A stretch of 64,000 bases of DNA from Candidatus Hodarchaeota archaeon (GCA_048887225.1 JBHLJY010000002.1:64001-128000), one strand, 5' to 3'. Positions 31,313 to 41,768 are shown, counted from the first letter of the stretch. Numbers and translations are program-made. The notes: generated by a model from the sequence alone, not told the origin.

Positions 31313-31708
31313 CTACTTTCCCTCTTGCAAGTAGAAATAGATATCAACAATGATTAGCACTATAACTACTACATTATCAAACCATTGGCTTGCTAGATTG
31401 ACTGCTGAACGGGGTACACTGATCGTCATTATTAAATTTATTATAAGCACTATTATGAGCCATACGATCGCAAATTCCCAAAATATTTTTGAACTCTCCC
31501 ATTCTGCTCTCATTATCATAATCACGGCAAAGATTCCAAGAGCTATAGCAGTTCCCCCAAAAATCCGCCACATATGTGGATCAAAATGAGGCGAATCATT
31601 TAAAGTAGCAATAATCTCTGGAATAACCAAATACATAAATCCATATATAAAAGCTGCGATTACATTGATTATTATAACAATTTTCATATTTTTTGATATT
31701 TCTGCCAT
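31313..31708 (-). CDS. Family A four-TM membrane protein
   Basis: MAEISK...FDPHMWRIFGG; paralog of 26861..27250. Confidence 0.85.
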   Translation of the reverse strand: MAEISKNMKIVIIINVIAAFIYGFMYLVIPEIIATLNDSPHFDPHMWRIFGGTAIALGIFAVIMIMRAEWESSKIFWEFAIVWLIIVLIINLIMTISVPRSAVNLASQWFDNVVVIVLIIVDIYFYLQEGK

Positions 31709-31756
31709 TGAATTTATCATCTCTTATCTTTTTATATATATCAGATCTATTTTTTT

Positions 31757-31890
31757 ATTAGATATTTCACCCCATAAAGTTATGGAGTAAGTAATAAATT
31801 GACAAATTAGTATTTAAATATTCTACATTTTTGTAATAGGCAATTTAGAAAGAAAATCAAGAAATTATGGATTTAGTTCAAGATATAAGA
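31757..31890 (-). repeat. Cassette promoter/leader repeat plus site copy 6 (31865-31890)
   Basis: Near-identical to other copies. Confidence 0.85.
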
Positions 31891-31949
31891 TAGAAATGAA
31901 AAAAAAGAAGAATTTAAAATTTTAAACTTTTCATACGAAGATATTGCTA

Positions 31950-32270
31950 TTAAGGTGCTTTTAGTCCTACGAAAGGCATGGCTTCAGCTAAATCATAAGC
32001 AATATTCATTTGAAATTGATATCCTTCGACGGATTGCGATATCATTAGTGGACGATTAACTGCAAGAGTCATTGCTTCTTGGACCTTTCCTGGTTTAGCA
32101 GAATCAATAACAATACTATGCATACCATCCTTAACTGACCATACAGCTGCGGGAACAATGACTTTACTGATAGTTTTATCGTTAGGGAAGTTTTTCATAG
32201 CATTAAGATATATTTTTCCAACCTCCTCTGATTTACCAGCAGGCCACCAAGCTTCTATTATTATATACAT
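31950..32270 (-). CDS. Family B ~100-aa protein
   Basis: WWPAGKSEEVGK...KPGKVQEA...VEGYQFQ. Confidence 0.85.
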   Translation of the reverse strand: MYIIIEAWWPAGKSEEVGKIYLNAMKNFPNDKTISKVIVPAAVWSVKDGMHSIVIDSAKPGKVQEAMTLAVNRPLMISQSVEGYQFQMNIAYDLAEAMPFVGLKAP

Positions 32271-32315
32271 ATTTTTTACCTCTAATTTTTATTTTTTAAT
32301 TGGATTCAATTTTTT

Positions 32316-32437
32316 ATTAGATATTTCACCCATAAATTTGGATTAAGTAAAAAATTGACAAAAAAGTATTTAAATGTTTTACATTTTTGTAATGGGCGAT
32401 TTGGAAAGAAAATCAAGAAATTATCCATTTAGTTCAA
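32316..32437 (-). repeat. Cassette promoter/leader repeat plus degenerate site copy 7 (right arm deleted)
   Basis: TTATCCATTT-AGTTCA then ATAGAAATG; GATATAAGA is missing. Confidence 0.8.
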
Positions 32438-32484
32438 TAGAAATGAATAAAAAAAATATTGTGAAATTAAAACTAAAATCAGTT

Positions 32485-33579
32485 TTACACATTTATTAGT
32501 CTTGGTGGCGGGACAAATACATTTCTAAGACCTGTTCTGTTTAACGTCATTGATTCTTCGGGGCAGTGGTGGGCACAAATGCCGCATCCAATACATCTAT
32601 CTTCATTTACAATGGCAACAGTATCTTCTAAATCAATTGCTTCCATTGGACATTTTTCAACACATGTGCCGCACCCTACGCAAGTTTCTTCATTCACTTT
32701 TGCTAAATAGGAAGTTAATGTGTTCATTGCCGCTAATCCGCGATGATACAATTCTAAAGTACCACAGCAACATTTACAGCAACTGCAAATAGCATTTTCG
32801 TTGTATTCGGGATCGTCAGGAAGATGAAATGCAGTGTGAACGAGTCCAAGGTTCTCAGATTCTTTGAGAGTATTTAACGCATCTTCTTTCGAGATCGGCT
32901 TAATAAACTCGTGTTCTATTAGGAATCTAGCATATTTACCAAATATTAAGCAATTTTCTCTTGGGGCATCTAATTTACAAGGATCTGCAATGAGATCCTG
33001 TTTATGTCTGCAATAGCAAGTTCCAACACCGAAAGTATCATATTTTTCTAAAATTTTAGTTATTTCTTCGTATGGTAACACAATTTGTTGCTGAATATCA
33101 ACCTGTTCCTCGACGGGAACAATGCGTGTACCAGGTGGAGCGCTCTTAAATTGGGGTATGAATGTATCATAATTACTTTGAACCAGTTGCTTTAATTCGT
33201 CAAATAATTTCTCATATAAATTTGCTAACTTCTTTTCTTTTTCACTCGTTCCACCGCGCATTAATGTATACTCGAATATACCCGGTACGAAGGGATTAAG
33301 ATTATAAACCATGATACCTGTGTCTTCATCGGGAAAACTAGAAATTACTCCCTCATAACTTAAATCCTTTAGCATTTTTTCTAATTCATTTTCATCCAAG
33401 TCTGTTTTTTGTTTTATTCGATCAATGATAAGCGATGGTTTCTTAAATATCTGAAGAAATTTTGCTTGTTCCTCGGTTATAATAGTTTGCAATATCTCAA
33501 TAAGAGTGTTGCTAACAGGTAATACTATTCCTGCCTTTCCAATTAGTTGTATAAGTCTAGACCATATTTTTTCGGACAT
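32485..33579 (-). CDS. 4Fe-4S dicluster protein with N-terminal HTH-like region
   Basis: CYCR, CSCCKCCCG, CVGCGTCVEKCP, CIGCGICAHHCP. Confidence 0.88.
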   Translation of the reverse strand: MSEKIWSRLIQLIGKAGIVLPVSNTLIEILQTIITEEQAKFLQIFKKPSLIIDRIKQKTDLDENELEKMLKDLSYEGVISSFPDEDTGIMVYNLNPFVPGIFEYTLMRGGTSEKEKKLANLYEKLFDELKQLVQSNYDTFIPQFKSAPPGTRIVPVEEQVDIQQQIVLPYEEITKILEKYDTFGVGTCYCRHKQDLIADPCKLDAPRENCLIFGKYARFLIEHEFIKPISKEDALNTLKESENLGLVHTAFHLPDDPEYNENAICSCCKCCCGTLELYHRGLAAMNTLTSYLAKVNEETCVGCGTCVEKCPMEAIDLEDTVAIVNEDRCIGCGICAHHCPEESMTLNRTGLRNVFVPPPRLINV

Positions 33580-33695
33580 GATTATCTTACTTTTATTTAT
33601 TTTCAGCTTTGAATTTCTTATAATAAATTTGAAGTATGATTAATAATCAGTTATTTCAATTAAAATATTTTACATTTATGTGATTTCATTATTTA

Positions 33696-33721
33696 TCTTA
33701 TATCTTAGAACAAATATATGA
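33696..33721 (-). repeat. Palindromic boundary site, copy 8 (inverted, GTTCTA spacer class)
   Basis: TCTTATATCT-TAGAAC-AAATATATGA. Confidence 0.8.
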
Positions 33722-34227
33722 ACATCTTTTAAAAAAAAATTACAATCTAACCTTAATGCCTTTTTTTTCTTGAGTGTAAAGTCTCTCCTCCCTATCAATT
33801 CTTGGGACAATATAGGATATCAGTAAAAAGATTATTGAAGCAAATATATAGATATCATTAATAAGCATTAACAAAGTCGCGATTAAACAAATTATGAATA
33901 TGGTTAATAATACTATTTTGTATCAATTTATTCTATTATAATTGGATAAATTATAATATTTTTTACATAAATTTTACTTCATTCTTTAAAATGGGTTAAA
34001 AAATTTAATTAAAATTAAGTTTGGAAAATTCAATATCACAATAAATTACTAGATGCCTTTAAATAACGCCTTGAAGATTTCATTAATTGAACTTTTTTAT
34101 TATACTTCGATCGAAAAGATTTAGCGATTGATTTATTCGAAAAAATTAATCAAGTTAAAAAATGTAAAAGAAATGAAAAAAACTAAGATTTATTAGTTTA
34201 GGTTATGGGTAAAATTTAAAATGCTAA

Positions 34228-35160
34228 GTGCCAAAAAAAAATGATAGAAAAATGAAAGCATCAAAAATAGTATTATACGCAATGTTGATGGTATCTTTAT
34301 TAATACCTTATATTGCCGTTGGATACGCTGCAGATAAACCTAGATATCTAGGAGTAAGTGAAGGGCAAGAGGTTATTTGGAAGACAGAATTCGATAAGGG
34401 ACCATTAGAGGACTATTTCGAAGATATTGGTTTATCTGAGTTAGTAGCTGAACAAAATGCAGATACATTTTTTTCTTGGTTTGATTGGGATGATGATGTA
34501 GAAGCTTGGAAAATTTATGTAGAAGACATTAGAGATGAGAAAGAATCTGATTGGGATAGCATTACTAATAGACTTGATGATGAAGATGATGTCAAACATG
34601 TAAAAATTCTAGTCAATATGTATGAAACAGAAGATTTAAGTGATGCTGAAGCTTGGGATGACTTTGATAAACTTGAATCATACACTATATATGAAGCCGA
34701 AGAAATAGTCTACGCTGAAATCGCATTATCAGGACTTCAAGATATCTTAGGTACGGGGCTTTTCGCTTTTGTTGTTCCAAAAAATCTTAAATGGAATAAA
34801 GTTGTTAATGAGATTGATGATTGGTTAGATGACAACAATTTGGAGGATATGAGGGCTGTCGATGATGTGGAAGTAAATTATTTTTTCCAAGATAAAGGCG
34901 TTGGTATAAAAACAAACAGAGAATCAACAACTGCGGGTGTTGAAGATTTCGATTCCGAATCAAGATACACAGATGATGGAATTCTTTATTATTATGAATA
35001 TGAATATGACGGGGACACAATCGCTAAATATGAATTGTCAATAGTTGGACAAAGTTTAGTTTACACCATAGAAAATTGGTGGTGGATTACTCTAATTGTT
35101 GTAGCTGCGATCGTTGGGGTAATTATCATTATAATAGTAATCATAAAGAAAAGGAAATAG
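34228..35160 (+). CDS. Acidic secreted protein with C-terminal TM anchor
   Basis: Signal peptide, D/E-rich body, YTDDGIL, TM followed by KKRK. Confidence 0.8.
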   Translation: MPKKNDRKMKASKIVLYAMLMVSLLIPYIAVGYAADKPRYLGVSEGQEVIWKTEFDKGPLEDYFEDIGLSELVAEQNADTFFSWFDWDDDVEAWKIYVEDIRDEKESDWDSITNRLDDEDDVKHVKILVNMYETEDLSDAEAWDDFDKLESYTIYEAEEIVYAEIALSGLQDILGTGLFAFVVPKNLKWNKVVNEIDDWLDDNNLEDMRAVDDVEVNYFFQDKGVGIKTNRESTTAGVEDFDSESRYTDDGILYYYEYEYDGDTIAKYELSIVGQSLVYTIENWWWITLIVVAAIVGVIIIIIVIIKKRK

Positions 35161-35165
35161 GAAAT

Positions 35166-36389
35166 GTGTCAAAAATCAGTATTGTTAACGTAAACGATTA
35201 CGGGGATATCCAACAATCGGTTGTAGCAGCAATTAAAATGATTGAATCAGATTTCCATTTTAATTTTCTTAATTCTAATTCAATTCTTTTAAAACCAAAT
35301 TTACTAGTCGCTAACAAGAATGCATGTACACAGCCAAGTTTTGTTGAGGGTATTGTTTCTTACCTGAAAGAAATAGGAGTTTCTATGGATAACGTAAATA
35401 TTGGAGATTCTCCAGGACAATATAAAACATCAGCCACCAATATTGCTAAGAAGATTGGCCTTTACGATATTTGTGATAAGTTGGGGATAAAATTTATTGA
35501 TTTTGAAGGAGATGCACCTATAAAAGAAGAAATTGAAGGTGCTTTAAGGATTAAAAAATATTATATAGCAAAAGCGGTTAAAGAATGTGATATTTTAATT
35601 AATTTGCCAAGATTAAAAACACATGCGGAGGCTACAATAACAGGTGCAATAAAAAATTATTGGGGGATAATTCCAGGGGGTATAAAGTCAAAATATCATT
35701 TATTAGGTAAAACACCAGACCAATTTGGGGAGGCTCTTACTGATAATTATTCCTGGGTCGTAAAAAACAAGCCAAATAGATTAATAGTATATGATTTACA
35801 CACAATAATGGAAGGATCAATGGGGCCTGTAGCAGGAACTATGAAAACTTGGAATTTAATCTTAACTGGTACTGATGAATTGGCATTAGATTTGGCAGCA
35901 TTAGAGATTGGTAAATTTAAAGGAATTCTTGTACCTCATTTGAAAATTGCTATTAAGAGAAATTTAGGAATCTATAATTTAAATGATATTGAATTTGTGG
36001 GAATGTCTTTAAAAGAAGCCAAAAACTGCACGCCTAAATTTAAAGGTCCAAATGAATTTTTTACAAAAATAACGAATTATCTAGGAAAGATAGGATATAA
36101 AATATTAAAAAAAATCCCTGTATTAAGCAAAACATCCTGTAGAAAATGTGGTCAATGCGCTCAAATTTGTCCCGCAAAGGCAATTTATTTCAAAGAGAAT
36201 CATTATCCTAATTATTTAAGAAAAAAATGTATTTCTTGCTTATGCTGCATGGAAATGTGTCCTCATCATGCTATTGTAGTAAGAACTAGAGGAATTAGTG
36301 GATTAAATTTTTTGTCTAAATCCGCTTTTAAGCTAGAAAAATTTATTTTAATTTTTTCAGCTATAATAGTAATGTCATTGTTTATTTAA
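35166..36389 (+). CDS. DUF362-family protein with two 4Fe-4S motifs
   Basis: LLKPNL, IGDSPG, INLPRLKTH, GAIKN.WG, CRKCGQCAQICP, CISCLCCMEMCP; GTG start chosen after the upstream stop. Confidence 0.88.
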   Translation: MSKISIVNVNDYGDIQQSVVAAIKMIESDFHFNFLNSNSILLKPNLLVANKNACTQPSFVEGIVSYLKEIGVSMDNVNIGDSPGQYKTSATNIAKKIGLYDICDKLGIKFIDFEGDAPIKEEIEGALRIKKYYIAKAVKECDILINLPRLKTHAEATITGAIKNYWGIIPGGIKSKYHLLGKTPDQFGEALTDNYSWVVKNKPNRLIVYDLHTIMEGSMGPVAGTMKTWNLILTGTDELALDLAALEIGKFKGILVPHLKIAIKRNLGIYNLNDIEFVGMSLKEAKNCTPKFKGPNEFFTKITNYLGKIGYKILKKIPVLSKTSCRKCGQCAQICPAKAIYFKENHYPNYLRKKCISCLCCMEMCPHHAIVVRTRGISGLNFLSKSAFKLEKFILIFSAIIVMSLFI

Positions 36390-36404
36390 AATCAGGGGAT
36401 ATTT

Positions 36405-37373
36405 TTGAGTGTTTTATTAACAGGTGCCTTTGGAAATGTTGGATTAAGTACTTTAAAAAATTTGATTCATAGAAACCACAAAGTTAGGATTTTTGATATT
36501 GAGAGTTCTAAGAATCGGAAGATTGCTAAAAAATTTGAAGATAAGGTTGAAATAATTTGGGGGGATATACGAAATAAAGAAGATGTGGAAAAAGCTGTTT
36601 CAGGACAAGAAGTTGTAATTCATTTAGCAGCAATTATACCTCCACTCGCTGATAAACAGCCTAAATTTGCTGAAGAGGTAAATGTTGGAGGAATAGCTAA
36701 TCTTATTGAAGCAATGGAGAATCAAGTAAAAAAGCCTCGACTCATTTTCACATCTTCCATAGCTATTTATGGAGATCGACTTGAATCACCTTTTATAAAA
36801 GTCTCCGACCCTCCTAATCCTAATTCTGATGATGAGTATGGTAAACAAAAACTAAAATGCGAGAATCTTATTAAAAATTCCAGATTAGAGTGGTTAATTT
36901 TTCGCTTAACTTATATCGCTTCGCCGAATAAGCTCCAAATAGATGCTTTAATGTTTGATTTACCACTTGAAACATGCATAGAGATTTGTCACTACAAAGA
37001 TGTCGGATTTGCAATTGTCAATGCGATAGAAAATAACGAGGTCTGGGGTGAAACCATGAATATCGCAGGCGGAAAGAAATGTCGGATTATTTATAGAGAG
37101 TTAATTGCGAGGATGTTAGGTTTATTTGGCCTTGGGAATCATTATTTACCCTCGGAAGCTTTTAATAATTGTGGCTCCATCTGTGGATTTATGGATACTA
37201 GTAAAAGTCAAAGGCTTCTACAATATCAGAGACATACGCTTTCCGATTACTTTAATGAGGTGAAAAAAAAAGTTAGATTTTTGCGTTTTTTCGCAACATT
37301 AGTTCGACCTCTTGCTCGGAGATATATTATCGGAAAATCTCCTTATTATAAAGATAAACACAAACACAACTAA
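36405..37373 (+). CDS. NAD-dependent epimerase/dehydratase (extended SDR)
   Basis: TGAFGNVG, HLAA, SS.A.YG, YGKQK. Confidence 0.9.
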   Translation: MSVLLTGAFGNVGLSTLKNLIHRNHKVRIFDIESSKNRKIAKKFEDKVEIIWGDIRNKEDVEKAVSGQEVVIHLAAIIPPLADKQPKFAEEVNVGGIANLIEAMENQVKKPRLIFTSSIAIYGDRLESPFIKVSDPPNPNSDDEYGKQKLKCENLIKNSRLEWLIFRLTYIASPNKLQIDALMFDLPLETCIEICHYKDVGFAIVNAIENNEVWGETMNIAGGKKCRIIYRELIARMLGLFGLGNHYLPSEAFNNCGSICGFMDTSKSQRLLQYQRHTLSDYFNEVKKKVRFLRFFATLVRPLARRYIIGKSPYYKDKHKHN

Positions 37374-37409
37374 TTAAAATATATTAGCCTTAGAAATAAT
37401 ATTACTTTT

Positions 37410-37538
37410 ATGTTTTTCCCTGGACATACTCGGATTCGGCCTGCTGGCAAATCAGCTGAGGTTGGAAAATTATATCTGGAAGCAATGAAAAAATTTCTTA
37501 TTAAATCAAAAAAAGAAGAAAATCTTTCTAACATTTGA
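37410..37538 (+). pseudogene. Fragment of a family B gene
   Basis: PAGKSAEVGKLYLEAMKKF vs PAGKSEEVGKIYLNAMKNF in 31950..32270, then similarity ends. Confidence 0.7.
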
Positions 37539-37542
37539 CGAG

Positions 37543-38106
37543 ATGAGAGAAAAAAACATAATTTTACCTTCCATAGCAACATCGCTTCCATTATGGTGGG
37601 ATAATTCAAGTACTCGAGCAGTAATTTGGAAAGATATTGGATGGCAAGTAGCAAAAGTTTCAGTAAATAAAGTTAATGATGTTTCTTATAAAATTGAGAA
37701 AATTACATTCATAAAAAGCGATGTGAAGAGAGAATTAGAAATTGAAGAAATAGAAGAAGCAAAGGAAAAAAGACCAGAATTAGAAGAAATTGAATTAGAA
37801 GCTCAACAAATAACGGAAATTAAAAAGAAGAAAATAGGTTCAGTTTTATCAGAAAGATTTTTCGGGATTGTCTCAATAGCAATAGGGATTTTAGCTTTTA
37901 TCTCACCAGCAAACATATTCACTTACATAGCAGTTATTAACATTTGTTTGGTAGGGATTTTAATTGGAACGTTTGGAACTAAATACGACGAAAAATCAAC
38001 TATGGCATATATAGGAGTAATTGTATGTTTGGCTGTGCTTTTTTATTGGATAATAAATATTTGGATATTTTTTATAGAATTAGCTGAAGCGTTAGCTGGA
38101 GATTAA
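37543..38106 (+). CDS. Hypothetical membrane protein
   Basis: Acidic region followed by three TM helices. Confidence 0.65.
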   Translation: MREKNIILPSIATSLPLWWDNSSTRAVIWKDIGWQVAKVSVNKVNDVSYKIEKITFIKSDVKRELEIEEIEEAKEKRPELEEIELEAQQITEIKKKKIGSVLSERFFGIVSIAIGILAFISPANIFTYIAVINICLVGILIGTFGTKYDEKSTMAYIGVIVCLAVLFYWIINIWIFFIELAEALAGD

Positions 38107-38205
38107 TATTCTAATTCAAGAATCTCTAAAAAATAATTGTTTGATAAATGGAATCCCTAAAAAGATCTAAATCTTTAATTTTTTTTATTTTTTTTTTGTT
38201 TGTCT

Positions 38206-38463
38206 TTATGGAGTCAATTCCTGTCTTATTTCTAACAACAAACTATCATTTTTTTTACTGTGTTTTCTGAAAGCAACTTTTTCAATAGTTTCAATCTTAA
38301 TTCTTGTTTTTTCTGCTATTTGTAATTTAAGCAGATTAACCATATTTTGATAAATTATTATCTCTGATAATTCATCCTTATTAAAAATCAATCCTAGAAT
38401 CTCCCCATCCATTTCTCTTTTTGTTATAATAATTTTTTCTTTTGTAATTTCAATACTTGACAT
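38206..38463 (-). CDS. Hypothetical protein
   Basis: 85-aa ORF with GGGGAG upstream. Confidence 0.55.
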   Translation of the reverse strand: MSSIEITKEKIIITKREMDGEILGLIFNKDELSEIIIYQNMVNLLKLQIAEKTRIKIETIEKVAFRKHSKKNDSLLLEIRQELTP

Positions 38464-38656
38464 TTAATATTCATCTCCCATTACAATAACTCCAATTAAA
38501 GTTAGGATTTCAATTATTTATTTTTTCCCTTAATATATTTACCTATCGACAAAAGCCAAATTTCAAATGAAAGATTTAAAATTGATCTCATCCATATTAT
38601 GAATTATTCTACGGAATTGTATTAAAATTATCAAATAATGTTGTGGTGATGTTCTA

Positions 38657-38869
38657 ATGTTATGGTGGGAGAATTATATTTATTTCTTTGTCATACTTTT
38701 TCTATCTCTGATAATCTTAGTAATGATTTTTGCTATTATTTATATTCAAAATGCGATGATGTCTAAACTTTTAAAGTTTTTTTTGATTTTTCTGGCGGGT
38801 TGTGGTATTCTTTTTAGTATTATATGGTTTACTATAGTTATAACAGAATGGTTTTCGGTGGTTATATAA
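38657..38869 (+). CDS. Small two-TM protein
   Basis: GGTGA RBS; hydrophobic. Confidence 0.6.
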   Translation: MLWWENYIYFFVILFLSLIILVMIFAIIYIQNAMMSKLLKFFLIFLAGCGILFSIIWFTIVITEWFSVVI

Positions 38870-39003
38870 TGTCAGTTGAACAAATAAATAAAACGCTAGA
38901 TGATTAAAACCCTTACAAGAATATAAGGTGTTTAGCTTCTTTCAATTTATTTGATATTATCCAATCCTGAATAGTTGCAGTTTGTTCAGTATCTGCTTTT
39001 TCG

Positions 39004-39036
39004 ATTAAATCATATATCTGTTCTAAGATATAAGAT
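39004..39036 (+). repeat. Site copy 9 (39010-39035); left arm of a 33-bp perfect inverted repeat
   Basis: ATTAAATCATATATCTGTTCTAAGATATAAGAT. Confidence 0.9.
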
Positions 39037-39088
39037 AGAAAAGAAAAAAAAGAAGAATTTAAAATTTAAAATATCTCTTTATGTACTT

Positions 39089-39481
39089 TTATTTTCGCTT
39101 TTGTATCCAAATATGAATTCCTAATATTGTAAAGAAAACATTTATAATTACGCTTAATAAAAAAGCACCTATTGGGATATTATAAAGAACAAGACCGATA
39201 ATATTATTGATTATGCTGAAAATTTGCGCTATTATGCCAAATAAGACCCAGCTCTCGATCTTGTCCCAGTTATCTAAGTCCTTATACAGCGTTATTACAA
39301 CTATTGCCCAAGTTAAATATAGACCTCCTACCCCTCTAGTAGATTGTGGATCCCAGAAAGGCCAATTAAATGCTGCACCCGAAGATTCAGGAGATATAAA
39401 CCACCATAAGCCAAAAATAATCAATACAATTATACCTGCAATCCAAAATATTTTAAGCTCTTTTTCAACATCTAATGCCAT
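39089..39481 (-). CDS. Family A four-TM membrane protein
   Basis: MALDV.KELKI...DP..TRGVGG...LDNW.KIE.W...QKRK. Confidence 0.88.
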   Translation of the reverse strand: MALDVEKELKIFWIAGIIVLIIFGLWWFISPESSGAAFNWPFWDPQSTRGVGGLYLTWAIVVITLYKDLDNWDKIESWVLFGIIAQIFSIINNIIGLVLYNIPIGAFLLSVIINVFFTILGIHIWIQKRK

Positions 39482-39534
39482 TGTTTTCCCTCCAATTATT
39501 TCTTTTTATTGAATTTTTTGATTTTCTTTTTTTT

Positions 39535-39620
39535 ATTAGATATTCCACCCATAAATTTATGGATTAAGTAAAGAATTGACAAATGAGTATTTAAAGATTT
39601 AACTTCTTTGTAATAAACGA
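39535..39620 (-). promoter_or_regulatory. Cassette promoter/leader repeat
   Basis: TTTAAATA box on the minus strand, CCATAAATTTATGG palindrome. Confidence 0.75.
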
Positions 39621-39628
39621 CAAAAATA

Positions 39629-39661
39629 ATCTTATATCTTAGAACAGATATATGATTTAAT
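39629..39661 (-). repeat. Site copy 10 (39630-39655, inverted); right arm of the 33-bp inverted repeat
   Basis: Exact reverse complement of 39004-39036. Confidence 0.9.
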
Positions 39662-39719
39662 GCCAGGACAAAATATAAAAAAGTATTGTTCTTACCTTAT
39701 AAACAATCCTATAATTTCG

Positions 39720-39762
39720 AAAAGAAACTCAAGAAATTATTTATTTAGTTCAAGATATATGA
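39720..39762 (+). repeat. Site copy 11 (39737-39762) with short left flank
   Basis: TTATTTATTT-AGTTCA-AGATATATGA. Confidence 0.8.
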
Positions 39763-39821
39763 TTCTCTAAGTCCTCAAAAAATATAAAATAAAAATAAAT
39801 TGACTTAAATTCGAGATTTCT

Positions 39822-40550
39822 CTAATTTCTTTCAATTTTCTCAAATCCTTTTTTAATTTTAATAATTAGTGTCTTTTCAAAATACTCTCCCTCTATTAAG
39901 ATCTTAAAGGGGAAATCTTCTGATTTAAAGAATTCGGTAAAATATTTTAACCAATAAATACTATAGCGTCTATTTTGATGATGTTTAAAAGTTAGTAAAA
40001 ATTGATCAGTGTTAACATATTCGATATCAATTTTGTAAAAGTAATTAGCTATTACCCAGACTTTTTTGATGGACTTTAGTATCTCTTCTATTTCTAAGTC
40101 TTTAATTTGTTTTTTATTATACCATATGATTAAATCAAAAGCTTCATTTTTCTGGATAGGTCGATTTAATTCATCCTCAGGAGCTTCCGCAGCAGCAATT
40201 AATTGATTAAAATCAGTTTTTCCAATTAGCATCATTTGCATCTCGCTTCGAGCGTTACACCACCATCTAAGTTTAGATTTTTTCTTTTTCTTTGACAATT
40301 TATAATAAAATTTGACAGATTCCTCAAATAATTTAAATTGATTCTCAAATTCAGGCAAAAGTTTTTCGATTATATTATGTGTTTTTAAATCCATAGAAAG
40401 ATATTGAGAATAGAGTTCAATAGCTTTTTCGATTATAGTATTCATTTTACAATTTTGCTGATCCTTTAGCGTGTCGATTAAATTCCTTATTTCACTTCTT
40501 ACATTAACATATACAGATTTAGAAGGTTCGGATAGAGTTTTTTTAGCCAT
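39822..40550 (-). CDS. Hypothetical protein with possible N-terminal ribbon-helix-helix motif
   Basis: KSVYVNV...LIDTLK...MNTIIEKAIELY. Confidence 0.6.
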   Translation of the reverse strand: MAKKTLSEPSKSVYVNVRSEIRNLIDTLKDQQNCKMNTIIEKAIELYSQYLSMDLKTHNIIEKLLPEFENQFKLFEESVKFYYKLSKKKKKSKLRWWCNARSEMQMMLIGKTDFNQLIAAAEAPEDELNRPIQKNEAFDLIIWYNKKQIKDLEIEEILKSIKKVWVIANYFYKIDIEYVNTDQFLLTFKHHQNRRYSIYWLKYFTEFFKSEDFPFKILIEGEYFEKTLIIKIKKGFEKIERN

Positions 40551-40749
40551 TATTATTAGCACCAAAAAATTTTATTTATCTATATAAATAATGGATATTT
40601 ATATATATATATACATGCTTTTTTTATAATATATATTGATTATTTGATTATCATATATATCGAAAGATTTAAATATGCTATTATATATCTATATATCAAA
40701 AATCTAAAAAAAATATTGTAAATAAAAAATAATGGGGTTAATATAAATT

Positions 40750-41106
40750 ATGAAAGTTTTAAAAACAACTATTAGTATTAAAAAAATCAATATAGATTTA
40801 GTTTTTTGTCCTGCAAAAAAATTGTATTGGGAATATCTTATATGTAAAACTTGTCATTGCTTTAAATCAAATTATAATTCATACATTGAATGTAATTTTA
40901 AGAAAAGTGAATTTTCAAGATCTAAATCTTCAAATAATACAACAGAAAGTTTTGCAAAAGGTATATTAGTGCAGAATTTTAGTAAAAATGCAGAAACTAA
41001 AAAAAACATGGAAATGGTTATTAATGAGCTTTCAAACAATTTCAAAAGAGATAGACTTCGTAAACAACTAAAAAAAGTCCCAATTGTAATATCTCAGAAG
41101 ATATAA
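40750..41106 (+). CDS. Hypothetical Cys-containing protein
   Basis: CP...CKTCHC...C motif. Confidence 0.55.
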   Translation: MKVLKTTISIKKINIDLVFCPAKKLYWEYLICKTCHCFKSNYNSYIECNFKKSEFSRSKSSNNTTESFAKGILVQNFSKNAETKKNMEMVINELSNNFKRDRLRKQLKKVPIVISQKI

Positions 41107-41185
41107 ACTTCTTAAAAATTTCTGTTTTAATCAATATTTTTAACAAAAAAAAAAGAAGAATTTAAAATTTAAAATATTTCCTTGT

Positions 41186-41581
41186 TCATTTTTCTTTGCG
41201 CTTTTGTATTAAAATATGAATGCCTAATGCAGCGAAGAAAATAGCTATAATTAAATTTATTATGCCAATTGGGTTAGTAGTGTAAAAAATGATGCTAATA
41301 ATAAATGAAATTAATCCCAGAATATTTACTATTACTGAAAAAATTATCCAATTCTCAACCTTCTCCCAGTTATCAAGTTCCCTTAACACTTTTAATGCAA
41401 TTAATGCCCAAGCTATGAAAACTCCTCCTAAATATCTACCTGCAGCTGGATCAAATAAAGGCCAATTATGCACCGCAACCCAAGACTCATAAGAAATAAA
41501 GAGCCATAAGCCATAATAGATAAGTACTATAAAACCCAAAATAAAATTAATTTTAAGCTCTTTTTTAACATCTAATGCCAT
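41186..41581 (-). CDS. Family A four-TM membrane protein
   Basis: MALDV start by comparison with paralogs; FDPAAGRYLGG. Confidence 0.88.
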   Translation of the reverse strand: MALDVKKELKINFILGFIVLIYYGLWLFISYESWVAVHNWPLFDPAAGRYLGGVFIAWALIALKVLRELDNWEKVENWIIFSVIVNILGLISFIISIIFYTTNPIGIINLIIAIFFAALGIHILIQKRKEK

Positions 41582-41635
41582 TATTTTCCCTACAATTATA
41601 TTTTTTTTATTGAATTTTTTGAATTTTATTTTTTT

Positions 41636-41768
41636 ATTAGATATTTCACCCATAAATTTATGGAGTAAGTAATAAATTGACAAATAAGTATTTAAAGCTT
41701 TAACATTTTTGTAATAGGCGATTTAGAAACAAAATCAAAAAATCATATATTTAGTTCAAGATATAAAA
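41636..41768 (-). repeat. Cassette promoter/leader repeat plus site copy 12 (41743-41768)
   Basis: TCATATATTT-AGTTCA-AGATATAAAA. Confidence 0.85.

Noticed and set aside
39004-39661. MITE/IS with terminal inverted repeats
   Set aside because: No target-site duplication or transposase, and the repeat is the same site found in direct orientation elsewhere.
40575-40700. (AT)n-rich stretch as an additional boundary site or origin
   Set aside because: Low complexity, no AGATATAAGA arm with a 6-bp spacer; most simply a divergent promoter region.
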